Shown here: piece after piece, positions 52,661-64,000 of the stretch | How the letters are laid out: every line of letters starts with the position of its first letter | Numbering within the stretch: position 1 is the stretch's first letter | Assembly (NCBI GenBank): GCA_964016885.1 | Contig: OZ024760.1 | Span: 32,364,001 to 32,428,000 of the forward strand | Direction: 5' to 3' | Source of the DNA: Eledone cirrhosa | Taxonomy: Eukaryota | DNA: 64,000 bases | Notes under the pieces: generated by a model | What the model was told of the DNA's origin: nothing | What the model saw: the letters and a program-made list of their open reading frames with translations, nothing else | The model's database searches: none | Made by a program: the position numbers and the translations under genes

Positions 52661-53377
52661 ACTAGAAATTGATTAACATATAAATATACATGAATAATCA
52701 TAGGAGATAATTTTTACAAGCGTGTAATCACGCATGGCTAGTTGGGTAATAAATAAATATATATCTTTAAGTATGACTAACCTTCCTTGTATATATCCCA
52801 TTAAAGAAATATATTTCACCAATTAATCAGATGGTAAGTCACGGAAAGTGGATATTATTGGATTGTCAACAAGGAAGAATAATGTTCAGCGATCCATGCT
52901 GACACAGCGAGTTCAAATCCTCATCTGGCCGCTACCACGTGTTGTGTCTACACATCACAGCAGTTTCGTTTCAGTGGCGTGAATAGGTATTCGACAACTA
53001 GAAATAGCAGTTAAATTCTCTTCAACAGAAATAGCTCTACAATTAAGGAGCCGTATTTATATATCTATATCCAAAATTAAGATGAATTAAATGAATTTAA
53101 TCCAAATCGAAATTGTGGGTGTCATGCCATAACGGCATGCGCCATATCGCCTGGAAATAATCTCACATAATATTAAAGAAATACAGCAGCCCACATAATA
53201 TTAAAGAAATTATTGTGTACAGTGCTCAGGTGCAATACAACTCATCAAATGTGCATGTATAGTACATAAAATAATGTACAAATATCATGATAATCACTGA
53301 ATAAGGCAAGAGGGAATTATAGAGATAAAATGGTTTGAAGTAGAGTTTAGTTATTTTAACATAGAAAACAACCCAGC

Positions 53378-56300
53378 CCAGCCTAAGTCTGGTTGGCAGC
53401 TAATGGGACCCTGATTGAGCTGAGCCAGCCTACTTCTGGTTGGCAGCTAATGGGACCCTGATTGACCTGAGCCAGCTTACCTATGGTGTTGGCAGCTAAT
53501 GGGACCCTGATTAAGCTGAGCCAGTCTATCTCTGGTGTTGGCAGCTAATGGGACCCTGATTCAGCCGAGCCAGCCTACCTCTGGTTGGCAGCTAATGGGA
53601 CCCTGATTGAGCTGAGCCAGCCTACCTCTGGTGTTGGCAGCTAATGTGACCCTGATTGAGCTGAGACAGCCTACCTCTAGTGTTGGCAGCTAATGGGACC
53701 CTGATTGAGCTGAGCCAGCCTACCTCTGATGTTGGAAGTTATGGGTCCCTGATTCAGCAGAGACAGCATACTTTTGGTTGGCAGCTAATGGGACACTGAT
53801 TGAGCTGAGCCAGCCTACCTCTGATTGGCAGCTAATGAGACCCTCATTGACATGAGCTAGCCTACCTCTGGTGTTGGCAGCTAATAGGACCCTGATTGAG
53901 CTGAGCCAGCCTACCTCTGGTGTTGGCAGCTAATGGGACCCTGATTGAGCTGACCCAGCCTACCTCTGGTGTTGGCAGCTAATGGGACCCTGATTGAGCT
54001 GACCCAGCCTACCTCTGGTGTTGGCAGCTAATGGGACCCTGATTGAGCTGAGCCAACGTACCTCTGGTTGGCAGCTAATGGGACCCTGATTGAGCTGAGC
54101 CAACGTACCTCTGGTTGACAACTAATGTGACCCTGATTGAACTGAGCCAGCCTACGTCAGGTGTTGGGAGTTATGGGACCCTGATTTAGCTGAGCGAACC
54201 TAACTCTAGTGTTGGCAGCTAATGGGTCCCTGATTGAGCTGAGCCAGCCTACGTCAGGTGTTGGGAGTTATGGGACCCTGATTTAGCTGAGCGAACCTAA
54301 CTCTAGTGTTGGCAGCTAATGGGTCCCTGATTGATCTGAGCCAGCCTACCTCTGGTGTTGGCAGTTATGGGACCCTGATTGAGCTGAGCCAACCTAACTC
54401 TAGCGTTGGCAGCTAATGTGTCCCTGAATGAGCTGAGCCAGCCTACTTCTGTTTGGCAGTTATGGGACGATGAATCAGGTGAGCCAGCCTACCTCTGGTT
54501 GGCAGCTAATGAGACCCTCATTGACATGAGCTAGCCTACCTCTGGTGTTGGCAGCTAATGGGACCCTGATTGAACTGAGCCAGCCTACCTCTGGTGTTGG
54601 CAGATAATGGGACCCTGATTGAGCTGAGCCAGCCTACCTCTGGTGTTGGCAGATAATGGGACCCTGATTCAGCTGAGCCAGCCTACCTCTGGTGTTGGCA
54701 GCTAATGGGACCCTGATTGAGCTGAGCCAACGTACCTCTGGTTGGCAACTAATGTGACACTGATTGAGCTGACCCAGCCTACCTCTGGTGTTGGGAGTAA
54801 TGGATCCCTGATTGAGCTGAGCCAGCCTATCTCTGGTAGGCAGCTAATGGGACACTGATTGACCTGAGCCAGCCTACCTCTGGTGTTGGCAGCTAATGGG
54901 ACCCTGATTGAGCTGACCCAGCCTAGCTCTGGTGTTGGCAGCTAATGGGACCCTGATTGAGCTGAGCCAGCCTACCTCTGGTTGGCAGCTAATGGGACCC
55001 TGATTGAGCTGAGCCAGCCTACCTCTGTTTGGCAGTTCTGGGAGCCTGATTGATCTGAGCCAGCCTATCTTTGGTTAGCAGCTAATGAGACCCAGATTGA
55101 GCTGAGCCAGCCTGTTTCTGGTTTTGGCAGCTAATGGGTCCCTGATTGAGCTGAGCCAGCCAACCTCTGGTTGGCAGCTAATGGGATCCTGATTGAGCTG
55201 AGCCTCCCACATCTGGTTGGCAGCTAATGTGACCCTGATTGAGCTGAGCCAGCCTACCACTGGTGTTGGAGCTAATCGGATCTTGCTTGAGCTGACCCAG
55301 CCTAACTCTGGTGTTGGCAGCTAATGGGAACCTGATTGAGCTGAGCCAGCCTACATCTGGTTGGCAGCTAATGGGACACTGATTCAGCTGAGCGAACCTA
55401 CTTCTACTTGGCAGTTATGGGTCCCTGATTGAGCTGAGCCAGCCTAACCTCTGGTGTTGGCAGTTATGGGACCCTGATTGAGCTGAGCCAACCTAACTCT
55501 AGTGTTGGAAGCTAATGGGTCCCTGATTGAGCTTAGCCAGCCTACCTCTTTTTGGCGGCTAATGGTACCCTGATTGAGCTGAGCCAGCCTACCTCTGGCT
55601 GGCATCTAATGGGACCCTGATTGAGCTGAGCAAGCCTACCTCTGTTTGGCAGCTAATGGGACGCTGATTCAGTTGAGCCAGCCTACTGGCAGTTATGGGA
55701 CCCTGATTGAGCAGAGACACTACCTCTAGTGTTGACAGCTAATGGGACCCTCATTGAGCTGAGCCAGCCTATCTCTGGTGTTGGCAGCTAATGGGACCCT
55801 GATTGAGCTTAGTCAGCCTACCTATGGTTGGCAGCTAATGGGACCCTGATTGACCTGAGCCAGCCTACCTCTGAGGTTGGCATCTAATGGGAACCTGATT
55901 GAGCTGAGCCAGCCTACTTCTGGTTGGCAGCTAATGGGACACTGATTGAGCAGAGCCAGCCTACCACTGGTTGGCAGCTAATGGCACCCTGATTTAGCTG
56001 AGCCAGCCAACCTCTGGCTTGCAGCTAATGGGACCCTGATTGAGCTGAGCCAGCTACCTCTGGTTGGCAGCTAATGGGACCCAGATCGAACTGTGCCAGC
56101 CTACCTCAGGTGTTGGCAGTTATGGGACCCTGATTCAGCTGAACCAGCCTACCTCTGGTGTTGGCAGCTAATGGGACGCTGATTCAGCTGAGATAGCCGA
56201 CCTCTGGTTGGCAGCTAATGGGAGCCTGATTCAGCTGCGCCAGCCTACCTCTGGTTGGCATCTAATGGGACTCTGATTCAGCTGAGCCAGACTACGTCTA

Positions 56301-59300
56301 CTTGGCAGTTATGGGACCCTGATTGAGCTGAGAGAGCCTATCTCTAGTGTTGGCAGCTAATGGCACCCTCATTGAGCTGAGCCAGCCTACCTCTGATGTT
56401 GGCAGTTAGGGGAACATAATTGAGCTGAGCCAGCCTACCTCTGGTTTTGGCAGTTATGGGACCCTGATTCAGCAGAGCCAGCCTACCTCTAGAGTTGGCA
56501 GCTAATGGGACCCTGATTGAGCTGAGTCAGCCTACCTCTGGTTAGCAGCTAATGTGACCCTGATTGAGCTGAGCCAGCCTACCTCTGCTTGGCAGTTATG
56601 GATCCCTGATTGAGCTGAGCCAGCCTACCTCTGGTGTTGGCAGTTATGGGACCCTGATTCAGCTGAGCCAGCCTGCTTCTGGTTGGCAGCTAATGGGACC
56701 CTGATTAAGCTGAGCCAGCCTACCTCTGGGTGGAAGCTAATGGGAGCCTGATTGAGCTGTGCCAGCCTACCTCTGGTGTTGGCAGTTATGGGACCCTGAT
56801 TGAGCTGAGCCAGCCTACCTCTGCCTGGCAGTTAAGGGTCCCTGATTGAGCTGTGTGAGCCTACCTCTGGTGTTGGCACTTATCGGACCCTGATTCAGCT
56901 GAGCCAGCCTACTTTTGGTTGGCAGTTAATGCGACCCTGATTGAGCTGAGCCAGCCTACCTCTGGTTGGCAGCTAATGGGAGCCTGATTGAGCTGAGCCA
57001 GCCTAACCCTGTTTGTCAGATATGGGACGCTGATTGAGCTGAGCCAGCTTACATCTGGTGTTGTCAGTTAATGGGACCCTGATTGAGCTGAGACAGCCTA
57101 CCTCTAGTGTTGGCAGCGAATGGGACCCTCATTGAGCTCAGCCAGCCTATCTCTGGTGTTGGCAGCTAATTGGACTCTGATTGAGATTAGTCAGACTACC
57201 TATGGTTGGCAGCTAATGGGACCCTGATTTAGCTGAGCCAGCCTACCTCAGGTGTTGGCAGTTATGAAACCCTGATTCAGCTGAGCCAGCCTACTTATGG
57301 TTGGCAGCTAATGGGACCCTGATTGAGCCGAGCCAGCCTACCTCTGGTTGGCAGCTAACGGGACCCTGATTTAGCTGAGCCAGCATACTTATGGTTGGCA
57401 GCTAATGGGACCCTGATTGAGCCGAGCCAGCCTACCTCTGGTTGGCAGCTAATGGGACCCTGATTAAGCTGAGCCAGCCTACCTCTGCTTGGCAGTTATG
57501 GGAGCCTGATTGAGCTGAGACAGCCTATCTCTAGTGTTGGCAGCTAATGGGACCCTCATTGAGCTGAGCCAGCTTACCTCTGATGTTGGCAGTTAGGGAA
57601 ACCTAATTGAGCTGAGCCAGCCTACTTCTGCTTGGCAGTTATGGGTCCCTGATTCATCTTAGCCAGCCTACTTCTGGCTGGCAGCTGATGGGAGCCTAAT
57701 TGAGTTGAGCCAGCCTACCTCTGGTGTTGGCAGTAATAGAACCCTGATTGAGCTGAGCCAGCCTATCTCTGGTAGGCAGCTAATGGGATCCTGATTGACC
57801 TGAACCAGCCTACCTCTGGTGTTGGCAGCTAATGGGTTCCCGATTGAGCTGAGCCAGCCAACCTTTGGTTGGCAGCTAATGAGACCCTGATTGAACTGAG
57901 CCATCCTACCTCTTTTTGGTAGCTAATGGGACCCTGATTGAGCTGAGCCAGCCTACCTCTGGGTGGAAGATAATGGGACCCTGATTGAGCTGAGCCAGCC
58001 TACCTCTGGTGTTGGCAGCTAACGGGACCCTGATTGAGCTGAGCCAGCCTACCTCTGGGTGGGAGATAATGGGACCCTGATTGAGCTGAGCCAGCCTACC
58101 TCAGGTGTTGGCAGCTAATGGGACCCTGATTCACCAGAGCCAGCCTACTTCTGGCTGGCAGCTAATGGGAGCCTGATTGAGCTGTGCCAGCCTACCTCTG
58201 GTGTTGGTAGTTATGGGACCCTGATTCAGCTGAGCCAGCCTACTTTTGGTTGGCAGGTAATGTAACCCTGATTGAGCTGAGCCAGCCTACCTCTGGTTGG
58301 CAGATAATGGGAGCCTGATTGAGCTGAGCCAGCCTACTTCTGGTTGGCAGCTAATGGGACCCTGATTGAGCTGAGCCAGCCTACCTCTGGTATTGGCAGC
58401 CAATGGGACCCTGATTAAGCTGAGCCAGCCTACTTCTGGCTTGCAGCTAATGGGAGCCTGATTGAGCTGTGCCAGCCTACCTCTGGTGTTGGCAGCTAAT
58501 GCGACCCTGATTGAACTGAGCCAGCCTACCTCAGGTTGGCACCTAATGGGAGCCTGGTTTATCTGAGCCAGCCTTCCTCTGTTGTTGGCAGCTAATGCGA
58601 CCCTGATTGAGCTGAGCCAGCCTACTTCAGGTTGGCAGCTAATGGGATCCTGATTGATCTGAGCCAGCCTACCTCTTCTTGGCAGATTTGGGTCCCTGAT
58701 TGTGCTGAGCCAGCCTACCTCTGGTGTTGGCAGTTATGCGAAGCTCATTGAGCTGAGCCAGACTACTTCTGGTTGGCAGCTAATGGGAGCCTCATTGAGC
58801 TGAGCCAGCCTACCTCTACTTGGCAGTTTTGGGTCCCTGATTGTGCTGAGCCAGCCTACCTCTGGTATTGGCAGTTATGGGAAGCTCATTGAGCTGAGCC
58901 AGCCTACCTCTGGTTGGCAGCTAATGGGAGCCTGATTGAGCTGAGCCAGACTACCTCTGGTTGGCAGCTAATGGAACACTGATTCAGCTGAGCCAGCCTA
59001 CCCCTGTTTGTCAGATATGGGACGCTGATTGAGCTGAGCCAGCTTACATCTGGTGTTGGCAGTTATGGGACCCTGATTGAGCTGAGCTATCCTACCTCTG
59101 GTTGTCAGTTAATGGGACCCTGATTGAGCTGAGGCAGCCTACCTCTAGTGTTGGCAGCTCATGGGACCCTCATTGAGCTCAGCCAGCCTATCTCTGGTGT
59201 TGGCAGCTAATTGGACTCTGATTGAGTTTAGACAGACCACCTATGGTTGGCAGCAAATGGGACCCTGATTGAGCTGAGCCAGCCTACCACTGGTTGGCAG

Positions 59301-62300
59301 CTACTGGGACCCTGATTTAGCTGAGCCAGCCTACCTCTGGTTGGCAGCTAATGGGACCCTGATTTAGCTGAGCCAGCCTACCTCTGTTTGGCAGCTACTG
59401 GGACCCTGATTGAGCTGAGCCTGCCTACCTCAGGTGTTGGCAGTTATGGAACCCTGATTCAGCTCAGCCAGCCTAACTCTGGTCTTTTCCGCTAATGAGA
59501 CCCTGATTGAGCTGAGCTAGCCGACCTCTGATTGGCAGTTAATGGGACCCTGATTCACCTGAGCCAGCCTACCTCTGGTTGTCAGCTTGTGGGACCCTGA
59601 TTCAGCTGAGCCAGCCTACCTCTGGTTGGCAGCTAATGGGACCCTGATTGAGCTCAGTCAGCCTACCTCTGCTTGGCAGTTATGGGTCCCTGATTCAGCT
59701 GAGACAGCCTACCTCTGGGTGGAAGATAATGGGACCTCGATTGAGATGAGCCAGCCTTCCTCTGGTGGGCAGCTAATGGCACCCTGATTGAACTGAGCCA
59801 GACTACCTCTGGTTGGCAGCTAATGGGACCCTGATTGAGCTGAGCCAGCCTACCACTACTTGGCAGTTTTGGGTCCCTGATTGTGCTGAGCCAGCCTACC
59901 TCTGGTGTTGGCAGTTATGCGAAGCTCATTGAGCTGAGCCAGCCTACCTCTGGTTGGCAGCTAATGGGAGCCTGATTCAGCTGAGCCAACTTACCTCTGG
60001 TGGGCAGCTAATGGCACCCTATTTGAGCTGAGCCAGACTACCTCTGGTTGGCAGCTAATGGAACACTGATTCAGATGAGCCAGCCTACCCCTGTCTGTCA
60101 GATATGGGACGCTGATTGAGCTGAGCCAGCTTACATCTGGTGTTGGCAGTTATGGGACCCTGATTGAGCTGAGCCAGCCTACCTCTGATTGGCAGTTAAT
60201 GGGACCCTGATTGAGCTGAGCCAGCCTACCTCTGGTTAGCAGCTTGTGGGACCCTGATTCAGTTGAGCCAGCCTACCTCTGGTTGGCAGCTTGTGGGACC
60301 CTGATTCAGTTGAGCCAGCCTACCTCTGGTTGGCAGCTAATGGGACCCTGATTGAGCTCAGTCAGCCTACCCCTGCTTGGCAGTTATGGATCTCTGATTC
60401 AGCTGAGACAGCCTACCTCTGGTGTTGGCAGTTATGGGACCCTGATTCAGCTGAGCCAGCCTACTTATGGTTGGCAGCTAATGGGACCCTGAATGAGCCG
60501 AGCCAGCCTACCTCTGCATGGCAGCTAATGGGACCCTGATTTATCTGGGCCAGCCTACCTCTGCTTGGCAGTTATGGGACCCTGATTGAGCTGAGACAGC
60601 CTATCTCTAGTGTTGGCAGCTAATGGGACCCTGATTGAGCTGAGCACGCCTGCCTCTGGGTGGAAGCTAATGGGACCCTGATTGAGTTGAGCCAGCCTAC
60701 CACTGGTGTTGGCAGCTAATGGGACCCTGATTAAGATGAGCCAGCCTACCTCTGGTGTTGGCAGCTAATGGGACGCTGATTCAGCTGAGATAGCCGACCT
60801 CTGGTTGGCAGCTAATGGGACCCTGATTCAGCTGAGCCAGCCTACCTCTGGTTGGCAGCTAATGGGACCCTTATTCAGCTGAGCCAGCCTACTTCTGGTT
60901 GGCGTCTAATGGTACCCTGATTCAGCTGAGCCAGACTACCTCTGCTTGGCAGTTATGGGTCCTTGATTGAGCTGAGCCAGCCTACGTCTGGTGTTCGCAG
61001 TTATGGGAACCTGATTCAGCAGAGCCAGACTATTTCTGGTTGGCAGCTAATGGGACACTGATTGAGCTGAGCCAGCCGACCTCTGATGTTGGCAGCTAAT
61101 GGGACCCTCATTGAGCTGAGAAAGCTTGCTTCTGGGGTTGGCAGCTAATGGGACCCCTATTGAGCTGAGCGAACGTACCTCTGGTTGGCAGCTAATGGGA
61201 CACTGATTCAGCTGAGTGAGCCTACCTCTGCTTGGCAGTTAGGGGTCCCTGATTCAGCTGAGACAGCCTACCTCTACTGGTAGCAGTTATGGGACCCTGA
61301 TTCAGCTGAGCCAGCCTACCTCTGGTTGGCAGCTAATGGGACCCTGATTTAGCTCAGCCAGCCTACTTCTGGTTGGCAGCTAATGGGCCCCTGATTGATC
61401 TGAGCCAGCCAACCTCTTGTTGGAAGCTAATGGGACCCTGATTAAGCTGAGCCAGCCTACCTCTGTTTGGTAGCTTATGGGATCCTGATTCAGCTGAGCC
61501 AGCCTACCTCTGCTTGGCAGTTATGGGACCCTGATTGAGCTGAGAGTGCCTATCTCTAGTGTTGGCAGCTAATGGCACCCTCATTGAGCTGAGCCAGCCT
61601 ACCTCTGCTTGGCAGTTATGGGAACCTGATTGAGCTGAGAGTGCCTATCTCTAGTGTTGGCAGCTAATGGCACCCTCATTGAGCTGAGCCAGCCTACCTC
61701 TGATGTTGGCAGTTAGGGGACCCTGATTCAGCAGAGCCAGCCTACATCTGGTGTTGGCAGTTATGGGACCCTGATTCAGCAGAGCTAGCCTACATTTGGT
61801 TGGCAGCTAATGGGACACTGATTGAGCTGAGCCAGCCTACCTCTAGAGTTGGCAGCTAATGGGACCCTGATTGAGCTGAGTCAGCCTACCTCTGGTGTTG
61901 GCAGCTAATGCGAGCTTTATTGAGCTGAGCAAGCTCACTTCTGGTGCTAGCAGCTAATGTGACCCCTATTCAACTGAGCCAGTCTACCTCTGTCGTTGGC
62001 AGTTATGGGACCGTGATTGAGCTGAGCCAGCCTACCTCTGCTTGGCAGTTATGGGTCCCTGATTCAGCTGAGACAGCCTACCTCTGGTGTTGGCAGTTAT
62101 GGAACCCTGATTCAGCTGAGACAGCCTACCTCTGGTGTTGGCAGTTATGGGTCCCTGATTCAGCTGAGACAGCCTACCTCTGGTGTTGGCAGTTATGGAA
62201 CCCTGATTCAGCTGAGCCAGCCTACTTATGGTTGGCAGCTAATGGGACCCTGATTGAGCCGAGCCAGCCTACCTCTGGTTGGCAGCTAATGGGACCCTGA

Positions 62301-64000
62301 TTTAGCTGAGCCAGCCTACTTCTGGTTGGAAGCTAATGCGATCCTGATTAAGCTGAGCCAGCCTACCTCTGGTTGGCAACTTATGGGATCCTGATTCAGC
62401 TGAGCCAGTCTACCTCTGCTTGGCAGTTATGGGACCCTGATTGAGCTGAGACAGCCTATCTCTAGTGTTGGCAGCTAATGGGACCCTGATTGAGCTGAGC
62501 CAGCCTACCTCTGGGTGGAAGCTAATGGGACCCTGAATGAGCTGAGCCAGTCTACCTCTGGTGTTGGCAGCTAATGGCTCCCTGATTGAGCTGAGCCAGA
62601 CTACCTCTGGTTGGCAGCTAATGGGACCCTGATTGACCTGAGCCAGCCTACCTCTGTTGTTGGCAGCTAATGGCTCCCTGATTGAGCTGAGCCAGACTAC
62701 CTCTGTTGTTGGCAGCTAATGGCTCCCTGATTGAGCTGAGCCAGACTACCTCTGGTTGGCAGCTAATGGGACCCTGATTGACCTGAGCCAGCCTACCTCT
62801 TTTTGGTAGCTAATGGGACCCTGATTGAGCTGAGCCTATCTACCTCTTGGTGGAAGATAATGGGACCCTGATTGAGCTGAGCCATCCTACCTCTGGTGTT
62901 GGCAGTTATGGTACCCTGATTCAGCTAAGCCAGCCTACTTCTGGCTGGCAGCTAATGGGAGCCTGATTGAGTTGTTCCAGCCTATCTCTGGTTGGCAGCT
63001 AATGGGAGCCTGATTGATCCGAGCCAGCCTACCTCTGGTGGGCAGCTAATGGGAGCCTGATTGAGCTGTTCCAGCCTATCTCTGGTTGGCAGCTAATGGG
63101 AGCCTGATTGATCTGAGCCAGCCTACCTCTGGTGGGCAGCTAATGGGAGCCTGATTGAGCTGAGCCAGCCTACCTCTGGGTGGAAGCTAATGGGACCCTG
63201 ATTGAGCTGAGCCATCCTACCTCTGGTGTTGGCAGATAATGGCACCCTGATTAAGCTGAGCCAGCCTACTTCTGGCTGGCAGCTAATGGGAGCCTGATTG
63301 AGCTGTTCCAGCCTATCTCTGGTTGGCAGCTAATGGGAGCCTGATTGATCCGAGCCAGCCTACCTCTGGTGGGCAGCTAATGGGAGCCTGATTGAGCTGT
63401 TCCAGCCTATCTCTGGTTGGCAGCTAATGGGAGCCTGATTGATCTGAGCCAGCCTACCTCTGGTGGGCAGCTAATGGGAGCCTGATTGAGCTGAGCCAGC
63501 CTACCTCTACTTGGCAGTTTTGGGTCCCTGATTGTGCTGAGCCAGACTACCTCTGGCTTGCAGCTAATGGGACCCTGATTGAGCTGAGCCAGCTTACCTC
63601 TGGTTGGCAGCTAATGGCAGCCTGATTGAGCTGAGCTAGCCTACCTCTACTTGGCAGTTTTGGGTCCCTGATTGTGCTGAGCCAGCCTACCTCTGGTAGG
63701 CAGCTAGTGGGACCCTGATTGAGCTGAGCCAGCCTACCTCTGGGTGGAAGATAATGGGACTCTGATTGAGCTGAGCCAGCCTACCTCTGGTGTTGGCAGC
63801 TAATGGGACCCTGATTCACCAGAGCCAGCCTACTTCTGGCTGGCAGTTAATGGGAGCCTGATTGAGCTGTACCAGCCTACCTCTGGTGTTGGCAATTATG
63901 GGACCCTGATTCAGCTAAGCCAGCCTACTTTTGGTTGGCAGGTAATGCGACCCTGATTGAGCTGAGCCAGCCTATCTCTGGTTGGCAGCTAATGGGAGCC
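53378..64000. repeat. Second satellite array, 46-49-bp units, >10.6 kb, runs off the window end
   Basis: Consensus tggcagctaatgggaccctgattgagctgagccagcctacctctggt(gt); cagctaat/cagttat and ggtt/ggtgtt length variants; more diverged than the 42-bp array. Confidence 0.98.

Noticed and set aside
52870-53030. tRNA gene (GAGTTCAAATCC B-box)
   Set aside because: No cloverleaf can be built; more likely a decayed SINE head.
53378-64000. CRISPR array or coding repeat in the second satellite
   Set aside because: No spacers; unit lengths of 46-49 bp shift frame constantly, so the ORFs are short artefacts.

Overview
Eukaryotic genomic DNA, not prokaryotic. The SINE/RTE-LINE families and microsatellite load resemble octopus/cephalopod genomes; this is an inference from remembered repeat motifs. 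The window holds eight coding exons (283 aa, N-terminus upstream of the window) of a + strand transcription elongation factor S-II (TFIIS/TCEA) gene, 380..38744. One intron is U12-type (ATATCCTT donor, TTTCTTAAC branch point) and must end in AA rather than AC to keep frame. The next intron is about 31 kb and is almost entirely a 42-bp quasi-palindromic satellite with kb-scale higher-order repeats. Every intron carries its own minisatellite. Downstream are microsatellites, MITEs, two decayed RTE-type LINEs in opposite orientation, and four minimal type-I hammerhead-ribozyme motifs with palindromic loop III (Penelope/retrozyme style). There is also a perfect 36-bp inverted repeat and a second satellite (46-49 bp) running to the window end, which aligns to the intronic satellite in reverse orientation. 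Nearly all long ORFs in the supplied track are repeat artefacts.
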